Of a stretch of 64,000 nucleotides of DNA, positions 18,128 through 29,203 are shown piece by piece (within the stretch, counting starts at the first letter, position 1; the number at the start of each line of letters is the position of its first letter). This DNA is from Deltaproteobacteria bacterium. GTDB taxonomy: Bacteria; Desulfobacterota; Desulfobulbia; Desulfobulbales; Desulfurivibrionaceae. Both the position numbers and the translations under genes were made by a program. The notes under the pieces are model-generated. The model was given only the letters and a program-made list of their open reading frames with translations, made no database searches and was not told where the DNA came from. The DNA lies in assembly GCA_021802645.1 (NCBI GenBank), contig JAJZRO010000007.1, positions 51,073 to 115,072 of the forward strand, given 5' to 3'.

Positions 18128-20650
18128 ATGGCCGATCAGTTATCATACCGCGTGACCGCCGACGAGGCGAACCTTCTCAACCTGATGCAGGAAGCGGTTT
18201 ACCTCATCGATTCGGAGCAGAATCTCCTTTTCCTTAACCGGCAAGTGGAACAGCGGCTGGGATTTTCAAACAGCGACGTGGCGGGGCGCAAATGCTTCGA
18301 ACTCTTCGGCCGCGGCGGATGTTGCCGCGATCGTTGCCCTGTTGCCAGGATCATCCATTCCCCCCACCGCAACGTCAAACACCAGGTCACTCTCCAGCCC
18401 AAGGAAGGACCACCGCAGACCTTCCTCTTTGATGCCCAGCCCTTTGTCAAGGAAGGGGTGATCCTCGGCACCCTCATTTTTTTGCACAACAGCTCGCCGG
18501 ACCGTCATAGCAACCCCCTCGCCTCCCAGGATGGAGGCCCCGATCAAGAACGTATCAGGGAAACCATTCACGGCGCCGGTTTACGGGATATTTTCAACCT
18601 TGCCGACCTGGAACGGATGGTCTCCGTCTTTGCCGAAATCCACGGCATCACCTCCGCCATCTTCGACGATCGGATGGAGATGGTGACCGACGTCTATAAT
18701 TTCTCCGACTCCTGCCTCATGGTCAGGAGCAGAAAGGAAGGACTGGCCAGATGCCTTCAGTCGGACGAACGGCTGCTGCACTCCGCCCTGGAGAACAGAC
18801 CCTCCACCCTCCGCTGTATGAGCGCCGGCCTGATGGATGCCGTGGCCCCGATTGTTATCGAAGGCAAACGTCTTGGTACCTGGGCTCTGGGCCAGGTCAT
18901 GGTAGACGGCGAGTTCGACGAGAAACGCTTCCGTGCCTTTGCCGAAGAGATCGGTCTAGTGCCGGATGCCTACCTTGCCGCCCTTGAAAAACAAACACGC
19001 ATGCCCATGGCCAAGATGGAAAAACTGGCCGAATTCCTGGTGCTGCTTACCAAGATGCTGGGCCAGGTGGGGCTCAACCACCTCGTCCTCAATCGCCTCC
19101 ACGAACAACTCCAAAGGGAAAAAGAGCTGCTTGCCGTGACCCTGCGCAGCATCGGCGACGGCATTGTCACCTTGGATGCCCAAGGCAAGGTCCTGCTCCT
19201 GAACAGCATTGCCGAAAAAATGACGGGCTGGCCAAGCGAAGAGGCCATCGGCCGCGGCGTGGAGGAGGTGGTGCATCTTGTCCATCCCCACGACAAGGGC
19301 CAACGGATCATGCCGCAAAATATTGCCGAACTCTTTTACGACCAGGCGCAACTGAATTCCCTGTGTCCCCTTCTCATTGCCAGGTCTGGGCGGGAATATT
19401 CCGTCGTCCCTTCTCTTTCCGAGATATCGCACCTCAACGGGGAGAAGGGTGGCCAGGTCCTCGTGCTGCACGACATAACCGAACTGAAGCAGCTGCAGGA
19501 AAACCTGCTCCAGTCCCAGAAGATGGAGGCCATCGGCACGCTGGCGGGCGGCATTGCCCACGACTTCAACAACATGCTCAACGCCATTCTGGGTTACGCC
19601 CAGCTCTCCCTGCGGGCGCATGATCTCCCGAACGCACTGCGGGAAAACCTCCAACAGATCGTCAAGGCAGGGACGCGGGCGGCCAATCTGGTGCAGCAGA
19701 TTCTCACCTTCAGTCGGAAAAACGAGCAGCAGCGCAAGGTGCTCTTCCTGCAACCCCTGATCAAGGAATCCCTCGCCTTTTTGCGCAGCACCCTCCCGGC
19801 CAACATCGTGGTGCGGCAGAACGTCGACGGCCAATGCGGTGCCGTTCTGGCCAATCCGACGCAGATCCATCAGGTGATCATGAATCTTTGCGCCAATGCC
19901 AGGTATGCCATGCTCGACAACGGCGGCATCCTCGGGATCGAGCTGGAGGAGGCAACCCTCGACGGGGCATCGGCCAACGCCGTTGCCGGACTCCAGGCAG
20001 GGCGCTATGCGCGGCTCACCGTCCGGGATAACGGACAGGGGATGGACAGCCTTACGCAGGCCCGAATCTTCGAGCCCTATTTCACCACCAAACCCATCGG
20101 GCAGGGCACCGGTCTCGGTCTTTCGACGGTGCATGGCATTGTCAAGGCCAACCTCGGGGCCATCACCGTTCAGAGCTCTCCTGGCCAGGGCACGGAATTC
20201 ACCATCTACTTTCCCATTGCCCAGGGGACGGAGCGGGCAGAGCTCACCGAAAAAACTGCCGATGCCTTCCACAAGGTCGGCGGCAAGGTGCTCCTTGTTG
20301 ATGACGAGGAAATGCTGGTCCAGCTCGCCATCAGCGAACTCACGGCCCTCGGCTGCGAGGTCTCGGCCTTTACCGATAGCGAGATGGCCCTTGCCGCTTT
20401 CGTCGCCGCCCCGGGAAAGTTCGACGCACTGATAACCGATCAGACCATGCCAAAACTCTCCGGCACCCAGCTTGCCGCCAAGGTCCTGGCCATGAGCCCC
20501 GATCTGCCGGTCATCCTCACTACCGGCTTCAGCGAGACCGTAGACGCGGAAAAAGCCAAGGCCATGGGGATTCGTGAATTCCTGGAGAAACCGGTTTCCC
20601 TTGCGGACTTTTGCCAGGCGCTCTCCAGGGTGTTACCGCCCCGCTGTTGA
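18128..20650 (+). CDS. hybrid sensor histidine kinase/response regulator (Cys-containing PAS, PocR, PAS, HisKA, HATPase_c, REC)
   Basis: PocR-like block (...SCLMVRSRKEGLARCLQSDERLL...LRCMSAGLMDAVAPIVIEGKRLGTWALGQV), then PAS (LRSIGDGIVTLDAQGKVLLLN), the H-box GGIAHDFNNML, N/G boxes (MNLCANARYAM, DNGQGM, GTGLGLS) and REC (VLLVDDE...ITDQTMPKLSG). The start is uncertain, with GTG 18071, ATG 18092 or ATG 18128 all possible. Confidence 0.88.
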   Translation: MADQLSYRVTADEANLLNLMQEAVYLIDSEQNLLFLNRQVEQRLGFSNSDVAGRKCFELFGRGGCCRDRCPVARIIHSPHRNVKHQVTLQPKEGPPQTFLFDAQPFVKEGVILGTLIFLHNSSPDRHSNPLASQDGGPDQERIRETIHGAGLRDIFNLADLERMVSVFAEIHGITSAIFDDRMEMVTDVYNFSDSCLMVRSRKEGLARCLQSDERLLHSALENRPSTLRCMSAGLMDAVAPIVIEGKRLGTWALGQVMVDGEFDEKRFRAFAEEIGLVPDAYLAALEKQTRMPMAKMEKLAEFLVLLTKMLGQVGLNHLVLNRLHEQLQREKELLAVTLRSIGDGIVTLDAQGKVLLLNSIAEKMTGWPSEEAIGRGVEEVVHLVHPHDKGQRIMPQNIAELFYDQAQLNSLCPLLIARSGREYSVVPSLSEISHLNGEKGGQVLVLHDITELKQLQENLLQSQKMEAIGTLAGGIAHDFNNMLNAILGYAQLSLRAHDLPNALRENLQQIVKAGTRAANLVQQILTFSRKNEQQRKVLFLQPLIKESLAFLRSTLPANIVVRQNVDGQCGAVLANPTQIHQVIMNLCANARYAMLDNGGILGIELEEATLDGASANAVAGLQAGRYARLTVRDNGQGMDSLTQARIFEPYFTTKPIGQGTGLGLSTVHGIVKANLGAITVQSSPGQGTEFTIYFPIAQGTERAELTEKTADAFHKVGGKVLLVDDEEMLVQLAISELTALGCEVSAFTDSEMALAAFVAAPGKFDALITDQTMPKLSGTQLAAKVLAMSPDLPVILTTGFSETVDAEKAKAMGIREFLEKPVSLADFCQALSRVLPPRC

Positions 20651-20783
20651 ACTTAATGGCCAGACGCAGAGCCCGGTGGGAGGGGAGAGACGGCGTCAGG
20701 ATGTGAAAAGTAAGTCTTCTCGTGCCAAGGCGAGAGGTTGCGGGAAGACCCGACCCTTACCTTGCCATGGTACGAAACAGCCG

Positions 20784-22178
20784 TTACCCTGCCACCACCT
20801 TTTTGTGCTGGACCGCCAGTCGCGCGGCCTGTAACGCCTCGATGGCCAGCGAGCTGCCGCGGATGGGCGGCACCTCCGTACCGAGAATGAGCTCCACCAC
20901 CTCCACCGGATCGAGTTTCTCCACCGCCACCCCCAGGACATAGTGGCGTCCGGCCTCGGCCACTCGCCGCAGCATCCCTGCCTTGACCAGCGATTCCACC
21001 ACCTCCCGCACCACCAGTTCCGATTCGCCCAGCCGGCTCGCCAGGGTGGCGAGCTTGGTGATCTGCCGGGTCGCGATATCCTGATACGCCAGGTCGATGA
21101 TGGCAAAGGCCAGGGCCAGCCGGGCGATGGGCGGCGGCTTATGGCGATCCGGCCGCCAGCTGGGCCAGACCTGGACGGCAAAGGCCATCTCGGCGCCGGC
21201 CAGAAAGATGATCCAGCAGAGTTGCAGCCAGACCAGAAAGAGCGGCACGGTGGCAAAGGAACCGTAGATCGTGTTGTAGCCGGCGACGCCGATCTGCAGC
21301 TTGAGGTAGATGATCTGGACAATGAGCCAGACGAGGCCGCCGAAGGCGCCACCGGCTAGGGCGGCGCTAGCCTTGACCCGGGCATTGGGCAGGAAGCGGT
21401 AGAGCAGGCTGAAGGTGCTCACCAGCAGCAACAGCGGCAACAGGTTGAAGAGGAAGACCGCCATGCCGCTTAGAGGAAGCCAGGATTCGAGGTGGTGGCG
21501 CAGGGTCTTGCTCTGCAAGGCGGTAGAGACAGCCAGCGTGATGTTGAGGGAGAAGGGCAGGAGGAGCATCAGGGCCAGATAGTCCATGAGCCGGCGACCC
21601 CACGGGCGGGTGGCGGCCACGTGCCAGATGGCGTTCATCGACTGTTCGATGTTGCTGAAGACCGAGACCGCGGCCAGCAACAGGCCGATGATGCCGAAGG
21701 TGCCCAGGGCCGCGAAGTTGGTGCGGTCTACGTAGTTGAAGAGCTGATCTACGGCCCGGCGCAAATGGCCATAGAGAGTGCGGCGTTCCTCGGCGCGGCG
21801 TTTGGCATGATGGGCGGCTTGCTCGTGGGGAATGGCGTTTTCATCGTTTTCGAAATCGAAGATGGAGGATTCCGCCGAGGCCTCCATCTGGTCGATGAGG
21901 CGATAGGCGGCCTGGCGGGCCTGATTGCCGCCGCCCAACCCCTTGAGCACTGCGGTGCCAAGTGCCAGGGTTGGTACCAGCGAGAGGAGCACGGTGAAGG
22001 TCAGGGCGCTGGCCCGCAGGCTGATGCGGTCGCGTTTGAATTCGTGGCCGAAGATGGCGAGGGTGCGCAGCCAGACCCGCAGGCGGCGTTGCCACCAGGG
22101 TTCGGCGCTGACGGGGGCGGCCCATAGCCAGTCATGAAACCGCGCCAGGCGGTGTTGGAGAGTGTGCATGGTTTCCAT
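20784..22178 (-). CDS. YihY/virulence factor BrkB-family membrane protein with a C-terminal winged-helix extension
   Basis: Start at ATG 22178 (GGAAGGAAAG RBS). ASALTFTVLLSLVP..., multiple TM helices and YGSFATVPLFLVWLQLCWIIFLAGAE are typical of the YihY family. The extra ~110-aa C-terminus looks MarR/wHTH-like. Confidence 0.8.
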   Translation of the reverse strand: METMHTLQHRLARFHDWLWAAPVSAEPWWQRRLRVWLRTLAIFGHEFKRDRISLRASALTFTVLLSLVPTLALGTAVLKGLGGGNQARQAAYRLIDQMEASAESSIFDFENDENAIPHEQAAHHAKRRAEERRTLYGHLRRAVDQLFNYVDRTNFAALGTFGIIGLLLAAVSVFSNIEQSMNAIWHVAATRPWGRRLMDYLALMLLLPFSLNITLAVSTALQSKTLRHHLESWLPLSGMAVFLFNLLPLLLLVSTFSLLYRFLPNARVKASAALAGGAFGGLVWLIVQIIYLKLQIGVAGYNTIYGSFATVPLFLVWLQLCWIIFLAGAEMAFAVQVWPSWRPDRHKPPPIARLALAFAIIDLAYQDIATRQITKLATLASRLGESELVVREVVESLVKAGMLRRVAEAGRHYVLGVAVEKLDPVEVVELILGTEVPPIRGSSLAIEALQAARLAVQHKKVVAG

Positions 22179-22483
22179 GTAATTCTTTCCTTCCCAGGAG
22201 GCCGTGCAGCATCCGTTGTGCGGGGCTGCGGCGGCTGATTCTGCTCGCTGTTTTGGTCGCGTTTTTCGAAGACTTTCCTTTTGAGTGCTTGCTGGGGGGC
22301 CTTCACGCAGCATGGCGGGGAAGGACCGCGACGATCCCGCCGACCATCTTGGGGCATTGGCCGATAATATGCCCTCTGCGTGCGGCAGATCACCGATGCC
22401 CGCCCGTATTGTAGCAGCAGCGAGAGTGATTGGACAACCCTTTCTGGTGGGCGGCCAAGAGCCAAGCCAGGCCGGCGAACCAT

Positions 22484-22515
22484 AAAAAAGGGGGGAGCCG
22501 ATCTCGGCTCCCCCC
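22484..22515 (-). terminator. rho-independent terminator of the glutamine synthetase gene
   Basis: On the minus strand, GGGGGGAGCCGAGATCGGCTCCCCCC is followed by TTTTTT, 29 nt after the stop codon. Confidence 0.85.
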
Positions 22516-22543
22516 TGGGGTCGTACGTGAAACCGGAACTGGC

Positions 22544-24646
22544 TTACAGCTTGAAAAGCAGGTCGCTGTAGGCCGGTACCGGCCAGAGGTCGCGCGGCAT
22601 GATGGTTTCCAGGGCGTCGATCTCCTTGCGCAGTTCGACCATGGCGGTGAAGACCTTGTCGCGATACGCGGCGGCCTGCTTCTCTACCTTGTCGATGGCC
22701 TGCGCCTTCTTGACCTCATCCTCCAGCTTGGCCACCTTCTTGGCGGCATTGCCGAGCAGGGTGGAGACCTGGGCCAGCAGATCCTTCTGGACCGAACCGT
22801 ACTTGCCGGCGGCGTTGACCGAGGCGCCGAGATCGGTCATGAAGTTGATGACCGCCGGGATGTACTCCCGCTTGACCATCTGGATGGCGGTCAGGGCTTC
22901 GATGTTGATGTGCTTGGCGTACTGCTCGGTGTAAATGTCGTAGCGGGAGTGGAGCTCTTCCTTGGTGAGCACGTTGTACTTGGCAAAAAGCTTGGTCGCC
23001 TTCGGGGTGGCGAAGGCCTTGAGCGCATCCACAGAGTTGCGGTTGTTCGGCAGGCCGCGCTTCTCCGCTTCCTTGGCCCATTCGGCCGAGTAGTTGTTGC
23101 CGTTGAAGATGATGCGGCCGTGCTTGGCCAGGGTTTCCTTGAGGATCGCCTGGATTTCGGCATTGACGTTCTTGGCCTTCTCCAGCCGGCTGGCGATCTC
23201 GTCCAGCGCCTCGGCGGCGATGGTGTTCAAGGCCACGTTGGGGCCGGCGATGGACTGGGAGGAGCCGCACATCCGGAACTCGAACTTGTTGCCGGTAAAG
23301 GCAAAGGGCGAGGTGCGGTTGCGGTCGGTGTTGTCCTTCGGCAGCTCGGGCAGGGAATCGACGCCGATCTTGAGGGACTGCGTGCCGCCCTTCTTGATCT
23401 TCTCGCCCTTGGCCACGGCATAGAGGACGTCGGTCAGTTCCTGGCCGAGGAAGATGGAGATGATCGCCGGCGGGGCCTCGTTGGCGCCCAGGCGATGATC
23501 GTTGCCGGAGCTGGCGCAGGTGGCGCGCATGATGTCGGCATGGGTGTCCACCGCCTTGACCAGGGCGGCGAGGAAGACGAGGAACTGGGCGTTGTCCCCT
23601 GGGGTGTGGCCCGGATCGAGGAGGTTGATGCCGTCGTCGGTGGAGAGCGACCAGTTATTATGCTTGCCGCTGCCGTTGACGCCGGCATAGGGCTTCTCGT
23701 GCAGCAGGCAGACCATGTCGTGGCGCAAGGCCACCTTCTGCATGGTCTCCATGACCAGTTGGTTGTGGTCGGTGGCGATGTTGGTGGTTTCGAAGACCGG
23801 AGCCATCTCGAACTGGGCCGGGGCGACCTCGTTGTGCTTGGTCTTGGAGGTGATGCCCATCTTCCAGAGCTCGATGTCGAGATCCTTCATGTAGGCGGCT
23901 ACCCGGTCCTTGATGGCGCCGAAGTATTGATCCTCCAGCTCCTGGCCCTTGGGAGCCGGGGCGCCGAAGAGGGTGCGGCCGCAGCTCATGAGATCGAGGC
24001 GGTCGAGATAGAACTCCTTCTCAGCCAGGAAGTATTCCTGCTCGGCACCGACGGTGGAGGTGACGCGGCTGGAGGTGGTGTTGCCCATGGCCTTCAGCAC
24101 GCGCAGGGCCTGCTTGGAGACCGCGGCCATGGAACGCAGCAGCGGGGTCTTCTTGTCCAGCGCCTCGCCGGTGTAGGAGCAGAAGGCGGTGGGGATGCAG
24201 AGGGTCACGTCGCCCACCGCGTCTTCCTTGAGGAAGGCCGGGGAGGTGCAGTCCCACGCGGTGTAGCCGCGGGCTTCGAAGGTGGCGCGCAGGCCGCCGC
24301 TCGGGAAGGAGGAGGCATCCGGCTCGCCCTGGATGAGCTGCTTGCCGGAGAACTCCATGACCACCGCGCCGGTGCCGGTGGGGGCGATGAAGGAGTCGTG
24401 CTTCTCGGCGGTGGAGCCGGTCAGCGGCTGGAACCAGTGGGTGTAGTGGCTGGCGCCCTTCTCGATGGCCCAGTCCTTCATGGCATTGGCCACCACCGCC
24501 GCGACCTCGGGCTGGAGCTTGGAGCCCTGCTCGATGGTCTTCTTGAGGGCCTTGTACGTCTCCTTGGGCAGCCGCTCTTTCATCACTGCGTCGTTGAATA
24601 CGTTGCTGCCGAACATCTCCGGCACGCTCATGCTGCTCTTGCTCAT
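22544..24646 (-). CDS. glutamine synthetase, type III
   Basis: 700 aa. The N-terminus [31 protein letters not shown]...[11 protein letters not shown] and overall length are characteristic of GS type III (GlnN-type). Confidence 0.92.
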   Translation of the reverse strand: MSKSSMSVPEMFGSNVFNDAVMKERLPKETYKALKKTIEQGSKLQPEVAAVVANAMKDWAIEKGASHYTHWFQPLTGSTAEKHDSFIAPTGTGAVVMEFSGKQLIQGEPDASSFPSGGLRATFEARGYTAWDCTSPAFLKEDAVGDVTLCIPTAFCSYTGEALDKKTPLLRSMAAVSKQALRVLKAMGNTTSSRVTSTVGAEQEYFLAEKEFYLDRLDLMSCGRTLFGAPAPKGQELEDQYFGAIKDRVAAYMKDLDIELWKMGITSKTKHNEVAPAQFEMAPVFETTNIATDHNQLVMETMQKVALRHDMVCLLHEKPYAGVNGSGKHNNWSLSTDDGINLLDPGHTPGDNAQFLVFLAALVKAVDTHADIMRATCASSGNDHRLGANEAPPAIISIFLGQELTDVLYAVAKGEKIKKGGTQSLKIGVDSLPELPKDNTDRNRTSPFAFTGNKFEFRMCGSSQSIAGPNVALNTIAAEALDEIASRLEKAKNVNAEIQAILKETLAKHGRIIFNGNNYSAEWAKEAEKRGLPNNRNSVDALKAFATPKATKLFAKYNVLTKEELHSRYDIYTEQYAKHINIEALTAIQMVKREYIPAVINFMTDLGASVNAAGKYGSVQKDLLAQVSTLLGNAAKKVAKLEDEVKKAQAIDKVEKQAAAYRDKVFTAMVELRKEIDALETIMPRDLWPVPAYSDLLFKL

Positions 24647-24768
24647 TTTTTGTTTCCTCCTGGTAAGGGGTTTGGTGAAAACCGTGTTGCATTTTTTCCC
24701 CGCAGCGCGGGGTGTTGTCGTTCAGCCTCCGGCCTCTCTGGCGCGGCGCTGCGGGTTTCTTGGTTTGG

Positions 24769-27320
24769 TTAACAGAGGATCGGCCCTCCTTTGCCGGGCA
24801 ATCCCGCGGCATGGAGCAGAGCCCTGGTGATTTCCTCCTGCAGGCCCTGGTCGGTGATTTTGGCGTGGTCGTGGCCGAGGACGTAGAAGACATCCACGAT
24901 CTGATCGCGTTCGCTGCCGATCTTGGCGCGATAGATGGAGATGCCGAAATCCGCGAGCGTCCGGGTGATATGGTACAACAGCCCCGGTTGCTCGGCGGCA
25001 TAGACCTCGATAATCGAATAGCGGCTGGAGGCGTGGTTGTCGATGAGCACCCGCGGGGCGTGACGGCGGCCGAGGGCCTGCACCGCACTGCGGATGGTCT
25101 GCTGCTTGTCGGCCAGGCGGTGGGCGAGGCCCAGGCGGTTGTTAAGGGCCAGGCCGAGATCGTGGCTAAGCGCCTGCCAGTCCTGCTCCTGATAGGTGAG
25201 GTTCAGGCTGGAGCGGACATTGAGGACGTCCACGGCGATGCCGTTTTCCCAGGTGAAGATCTGGGCCGCGATCACCTCCAGGTTGTGGAGGGCCAGCGTA
25301 CCGCAGAGTTTGGCGAGTAAGCCGGTGGAGTCCGGCGCCATGATGAGCACCGACCAGGAGAGTCCCTGGTCCTCCGGGTCGACGATGATCTCCCGGCTGG
25401 TTAATTCCCCGCTTCGCCTGATGTGGCGGGCGATGGTCTCCGGCGTGAAGTTGAGCAGGTATTCCTCGGGCAGTTCCTGGAGCACGCTCTGTTCCTCGGC
25501 GGTGAGCAGCGGCGCGACCTGCTCTCGCATCCAGCGCACGCCCTGAGCCGTATCCGGCTGGCCGAGGTCGGTGCGTTCGAGCAGATGGGAAATCTTGAGA
25601 TAGAGTTCGAGGAGCAATGCCCCTTTCCACTCGCTCCAGGCGGTGGGGCCGGTGGCGTGGGCATCGGCCAGGGCGAGGAGATAGAGCATGTGCAGGCGGT
25701 CGGGATCGGCGATATGCCGGGCGCACTGGGTGATGAGGGTTTCGTCGTCGAGGTCGCGCCTGAGCGCGGTAATCGGCAGAAAGAGGTGGTTCTGCACCAA
25801 AAAGACGAGGCAGCTGGTGTCGCGGCTTGTGAGATGGAGGCGTTTGGCGATGCCGCCCACCAGTTCGGCGCCGCGGACGGCGTGATCTTCCTGGTGGCCT
25901 TTGCCGATGTCGTGCAGCAGGGCCGCGAGGTAGAGGACATGCGGCGAGTTGACCTGCATGAAGACCGGCTCCCGGCGGCGGAGGCGGTGCAGCGCGGCCA
26001 CCGTATGCAGCAGGTGGTGATCCACGGTGTAGACGTGATAGACATCGTGCTGGGCCAGGGCATGCACCGCCTCGAATTCGGGCAGATAGGCGCCGAGCAG
26101 GCCGGTTTCCAGCATGGCGGAGAGTGCCTCCAGCGGGTCCTTCGCCTCCAGCAGCACCTCGAAGAAGGCCTTGGCCATGCGTTTCGACTGGCGGAGGCGG
26201 TCGTCCACCAGGTGGAGGTGCTCGCTGATCTGTTTTTTGGTGCGGTAGTGGAGCGGGAGCCCGGTTTTGGCCGCCTGGGCGCAGAGGCGCATCAGGAGGT
26301 GGGGCCGTTTCTCAAGGAGTTCGAGGTCGGTCAGATGCAGACGGCCGCCGCGCACCGTGATCCCCGGTTCCAGGGTATTCTCCATTTCGCGGCCGGGGTG
26401 GGTGTGGACCGCTTCGGCGACGTGCTCGAAGAAGAGGTCGGCCGTGGTGTTCACCGCATTCATGTGGCCATAGAGGTCGCGCATGAACTGTTCCACCCCC
26501 AGCAGGCCGTCACCATCGCGGTAGCGCAGCGCCCGGGCGATTTCCTCCTGATGTTCGAAGTAGAGCTGGTCGTTTTTGCGGCCGCTGACGTAGTGCAGTC
26601 GATTGCGGATGCGGATGAGAAAATCCCATGCCTTCTCGAAGCGTTGCCGTTCCGCGGGGCTCAAGAGGCCGGCTTCGGCGATGGCGTCGAGCCCGTGCAG
26701 GCCGAAGACCACCTGGGCGGTCCACAGCATGGCCTGGATATCGCGGAAGCCGCCGGGGCTTTCCTTGATGTGCGGTTCCAGTTGGTAGCTGTGCTTACCA
26801 AAGCGGTTATGGCGTTCGGTGCGGAAATGCATCATCTTCTGGAGGAATTCACCGCGTTGTCCTTCGATGAAGCGCTGCCGGTATTCCTCGGTCAGCTGCG
26901 TGAAGAGCGCTTGGTCGCCGGCAATATACCGGATGTCGAGCAGCGCCACCCGAAAAAAAAAATCCTCCTCGGCCGTAGTCAGCGAGGCTGCCACGGTGCG
27001 GACGCCATGGCCAACCTCCAGCCCTGCATCCCAGAGGGGATAGAAGATCGCCTCGGTCGTCGCCTGCAGCTGCCCTTCCGTGGCCTCCGGACGGTGGAGC
27101 AGCAAGAGGTCGATATCCGAAAACGGAAACAACTCCCGCCGGCCAAAACCACCCAGGGCCGTGAGAGTTATTCCCTGCTGCGCTTCCGGGCAGGCCCGGA
27201 AGCAGTCAGCCACATAGTTGTCGATCAGCGCCGAGTGCTCATGCAGCAGGTCGCGCCCGCCCGTGCCTCGTCGCCACAGGTGCTCCAGCGCATCGCGCCG
27301 GGCACGCAGTTCTCCCTGCA

Positions 27321-27321
<1 letters not shown>
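24769..27321 (-). CDS. glnD: [protein-PII] uridylyltransferase/uridylyl-removing enzyme
   Basis: 850 aa with a nucleotidyltransferase motif (GGFGRRELFPFSDIDLLLL), an HD domain (LLHDIGKG) and two C-terminal ACT-like domains. The stop overlaps the glnK region. Confidence 0.93.
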
Positions 27322-27671
<350 letters not shown>

Positions 27672-27731
27672 TTATTTTTGCAAGCCGGGAGGGGCGCTCC
27701 CGGCCTGGTTTCCGTCATGAACGTAGTGGGG

Positions 27732-28946
27732 TTAGAGTGAGTAGCCGATCTCGTTGTGCTCGGTGAGGTCGAGACCCTGGACCTCGTCCTCGGTGGAGAC
27801 CCGCAGCCCGACCATCGCATCCACGGCCTTCAGGATGATGAAGGTGGCGACCACCGAGTAGGCGATGGTGGTAAAGGCGTCCATGGCCTGCACCAGGAAG
27901 AGGTGCGGGTTACCATAGAAGAGGCCATTCTTGCCGTTGGGGTTGACCGCGATGGTGGCAAAGAGCCCGGTGGCCAGGGCGCCCCAGAGGCCGCCGACGC
28001 CATGGACGCCGACCACGTCGAGGGCGTCGTCGTAGCCAAGCTTGCCCTTGAGCAGTACCGCGAGATAGCAGAGTGTGCCGGCCACGAGGCCGATGATCAC
28101 CGCCGAGCCGGCGTTGACAAAGCCAGCCCCCGGCGTGATGGCGACCAGGCCAGCGATAGCGCCGGAGGCCGCGCCCAGGGTGGTGGGCTTGCCCTGGATC
28201 AGCCACTCGGCAATGAGCCAGGAGAGCAGGGCGGCCGCAGTGGCCACATGGGTGGTGAAGAAGGCATTGGTGGCGACCTCGTTGGCGGCCAAGGCGCTGC
28301 CGGCATTGAAGCCGAACCAGCCGAACCACAGCAGCCCGGCGCCGAGTACGGTCATCCCGAGGTTGTGGGGGTGGAAGGATTCCTTGCCCCATCCCTTGCG
28401 CTTGCCGAAGACCAGAGCGGCTACCAGGGCGGCGGCGCCGGAGTTGATGTGGATGACGGTGCCGCCGGCGAAATCAAGACCGCCGTGCTTGCTGACCCAG
28501 CCGCCGCCCCAGACCCAGTGGCAAACCGGCAGGTAGACCAGGGTGCACCAGAGGATGGTGAAGAGGAGGAAGGCAGGGAATTTGACCCGTTCGGCAAAGG
28601 TGCCGGTGATGAGCGCGGGGGTGATGATGGCGAACATCAACTGAAAGGCGGCGAAGAGCAGATGCGGGATGGTGGCGGCATACGGCCCGGCGGTGAGGCC
28701 GACCCCTTTGAGCCCGGCCCAGTCGAGGCTGCCGATCAGGCCGTTTACATCCGGGCCAAAGGCGAGGGAATAGCCGTAGAGCACCCAAATGATGGAGACG
28801 ATGCCGAGGCAGGCGAAGCTCTGTAATATGGTACTGAGGACGTTCTTGGAGCGGACCATGCCGCCGTAAAACAGGGCCAACCCTGGGGTCATCAGCATGA
28901 CCAGGGCACTGGCCACCAGCATGAAGGCAATATCTCCGGTGTTCAT
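27732..28946 (-). CDS. amtB: ammonium transporter
   Basis: Start at ATG 28946 (MNTGDIAFMLVASALVMLMTPGLALFYGGMVR). DFAGGTVIHINSG and VHGVGGLWGAL are signature motifs. Confidence 0.95.
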   Translation of the reverse strand: MNTGDIAFMLVASALVMLMTPGLALFYGGMVRSKNVLSTILQSFACLGIVSIIWVLYGYSLAFGPDVNGLIGSLDWAGLKGVGLTAGPYAATIPHLLFAAFQLMFAIITPALITGTFAERVKFPAFLLFTILWCTLVYLPVCHWVWGGGWVSKHGGLDFAGGTVIHINSGAAALVAALVFGKRKGWGKESFHPHNLGMTVLGAGLLWFGWFGFNAGSALAANEVATNAFFTTHVATAAALLSWLIAEWLIQGKPTTLGAASGAIAGLVAITPGAGFVNAGSAVIIGLVAGTLCYLAVLLKGKLGYDDALDVVGVHGVGGLWGALATGLFATIAVNPNGKNGLFYGNPHLFLVQAMDAFTTIAYSVVATFIILKAVDAMVGLRVSTEDEVQGLDLTEHNEIGYSL

Positions 28947-29028
28947 TCTTGGTTCCCTTGGTGGAAGTGGGTTGTGTTGTTGAGCTACCCTATCGAACCG
29001 GCCGGATTCGTGTTTCTGGCAAGGAGAA

Positions 29029-29044
29029 AGCAAGAGATGTGCCA
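29029..29044 (-). promoter_or_regulatory. sigma-54 (-24/-12) promoter upstream of amtB-glnK-glnD
   Basis: The minus strand reads TGGCACATCTCTTGCT, matching TGGCAC-N5-TTGCW, about 80 nt upstream of the amtB ATG. An AT-rich, possibly bent region lies further upstream (29050-29170). Confidence 0.65.
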
Positions 29045-29203
29045 CTGTGGTTGTTTTATTGTAAATATATGATTTTATTTATATTGTTTGTGTTCTTGGT
29101 AGGGTGGGATGACGGAACTTTGTAACGAAAATGTTGTAAATTTTCTATTATTAAACAAATTTGTACAAAATGAAGAGTGCCGCGGGGCGGCCGGGAGGCA
29201 GGA

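Noticed and set aside
22356-22375. GCCGATAA (sigma-28 -10 consensus) on the plus strand
   Set aside because: There is no TAAA -35 element at the required 15-nt spacing, and no plus-strand gene lies downstream. The neighbouring genes are on the minus strand.
24680-24710. GC-rich hairpin (CCCCGCGCTGCGGGG) in the glnD-GS gap, considered as a terminator or a sigma-54 site
   Set aside because: On the coding (minus) strand the stem is followed by an A-run rather than a T-run. The GG/GC spacing of the nearby GGGGAAAAAATGCA is one nucleotide short of the sigma-54 requirement.
22430-24772. 780-aa plus-strand ORF opposite the type III glutamine synthetase gene
   Set aside because: It is an antisense shadow ORF with a repetitive G/L/V/D-rich translation, whereas the minus-strand product is a clear GS III.
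26953-26962. A10/T10 homopolymer inside glnD, examined for a frameshift like the one in tatC
   Set aside because: The reading frame is continuous through the tract (…EEDFFFRVA…), so no disruption is present.
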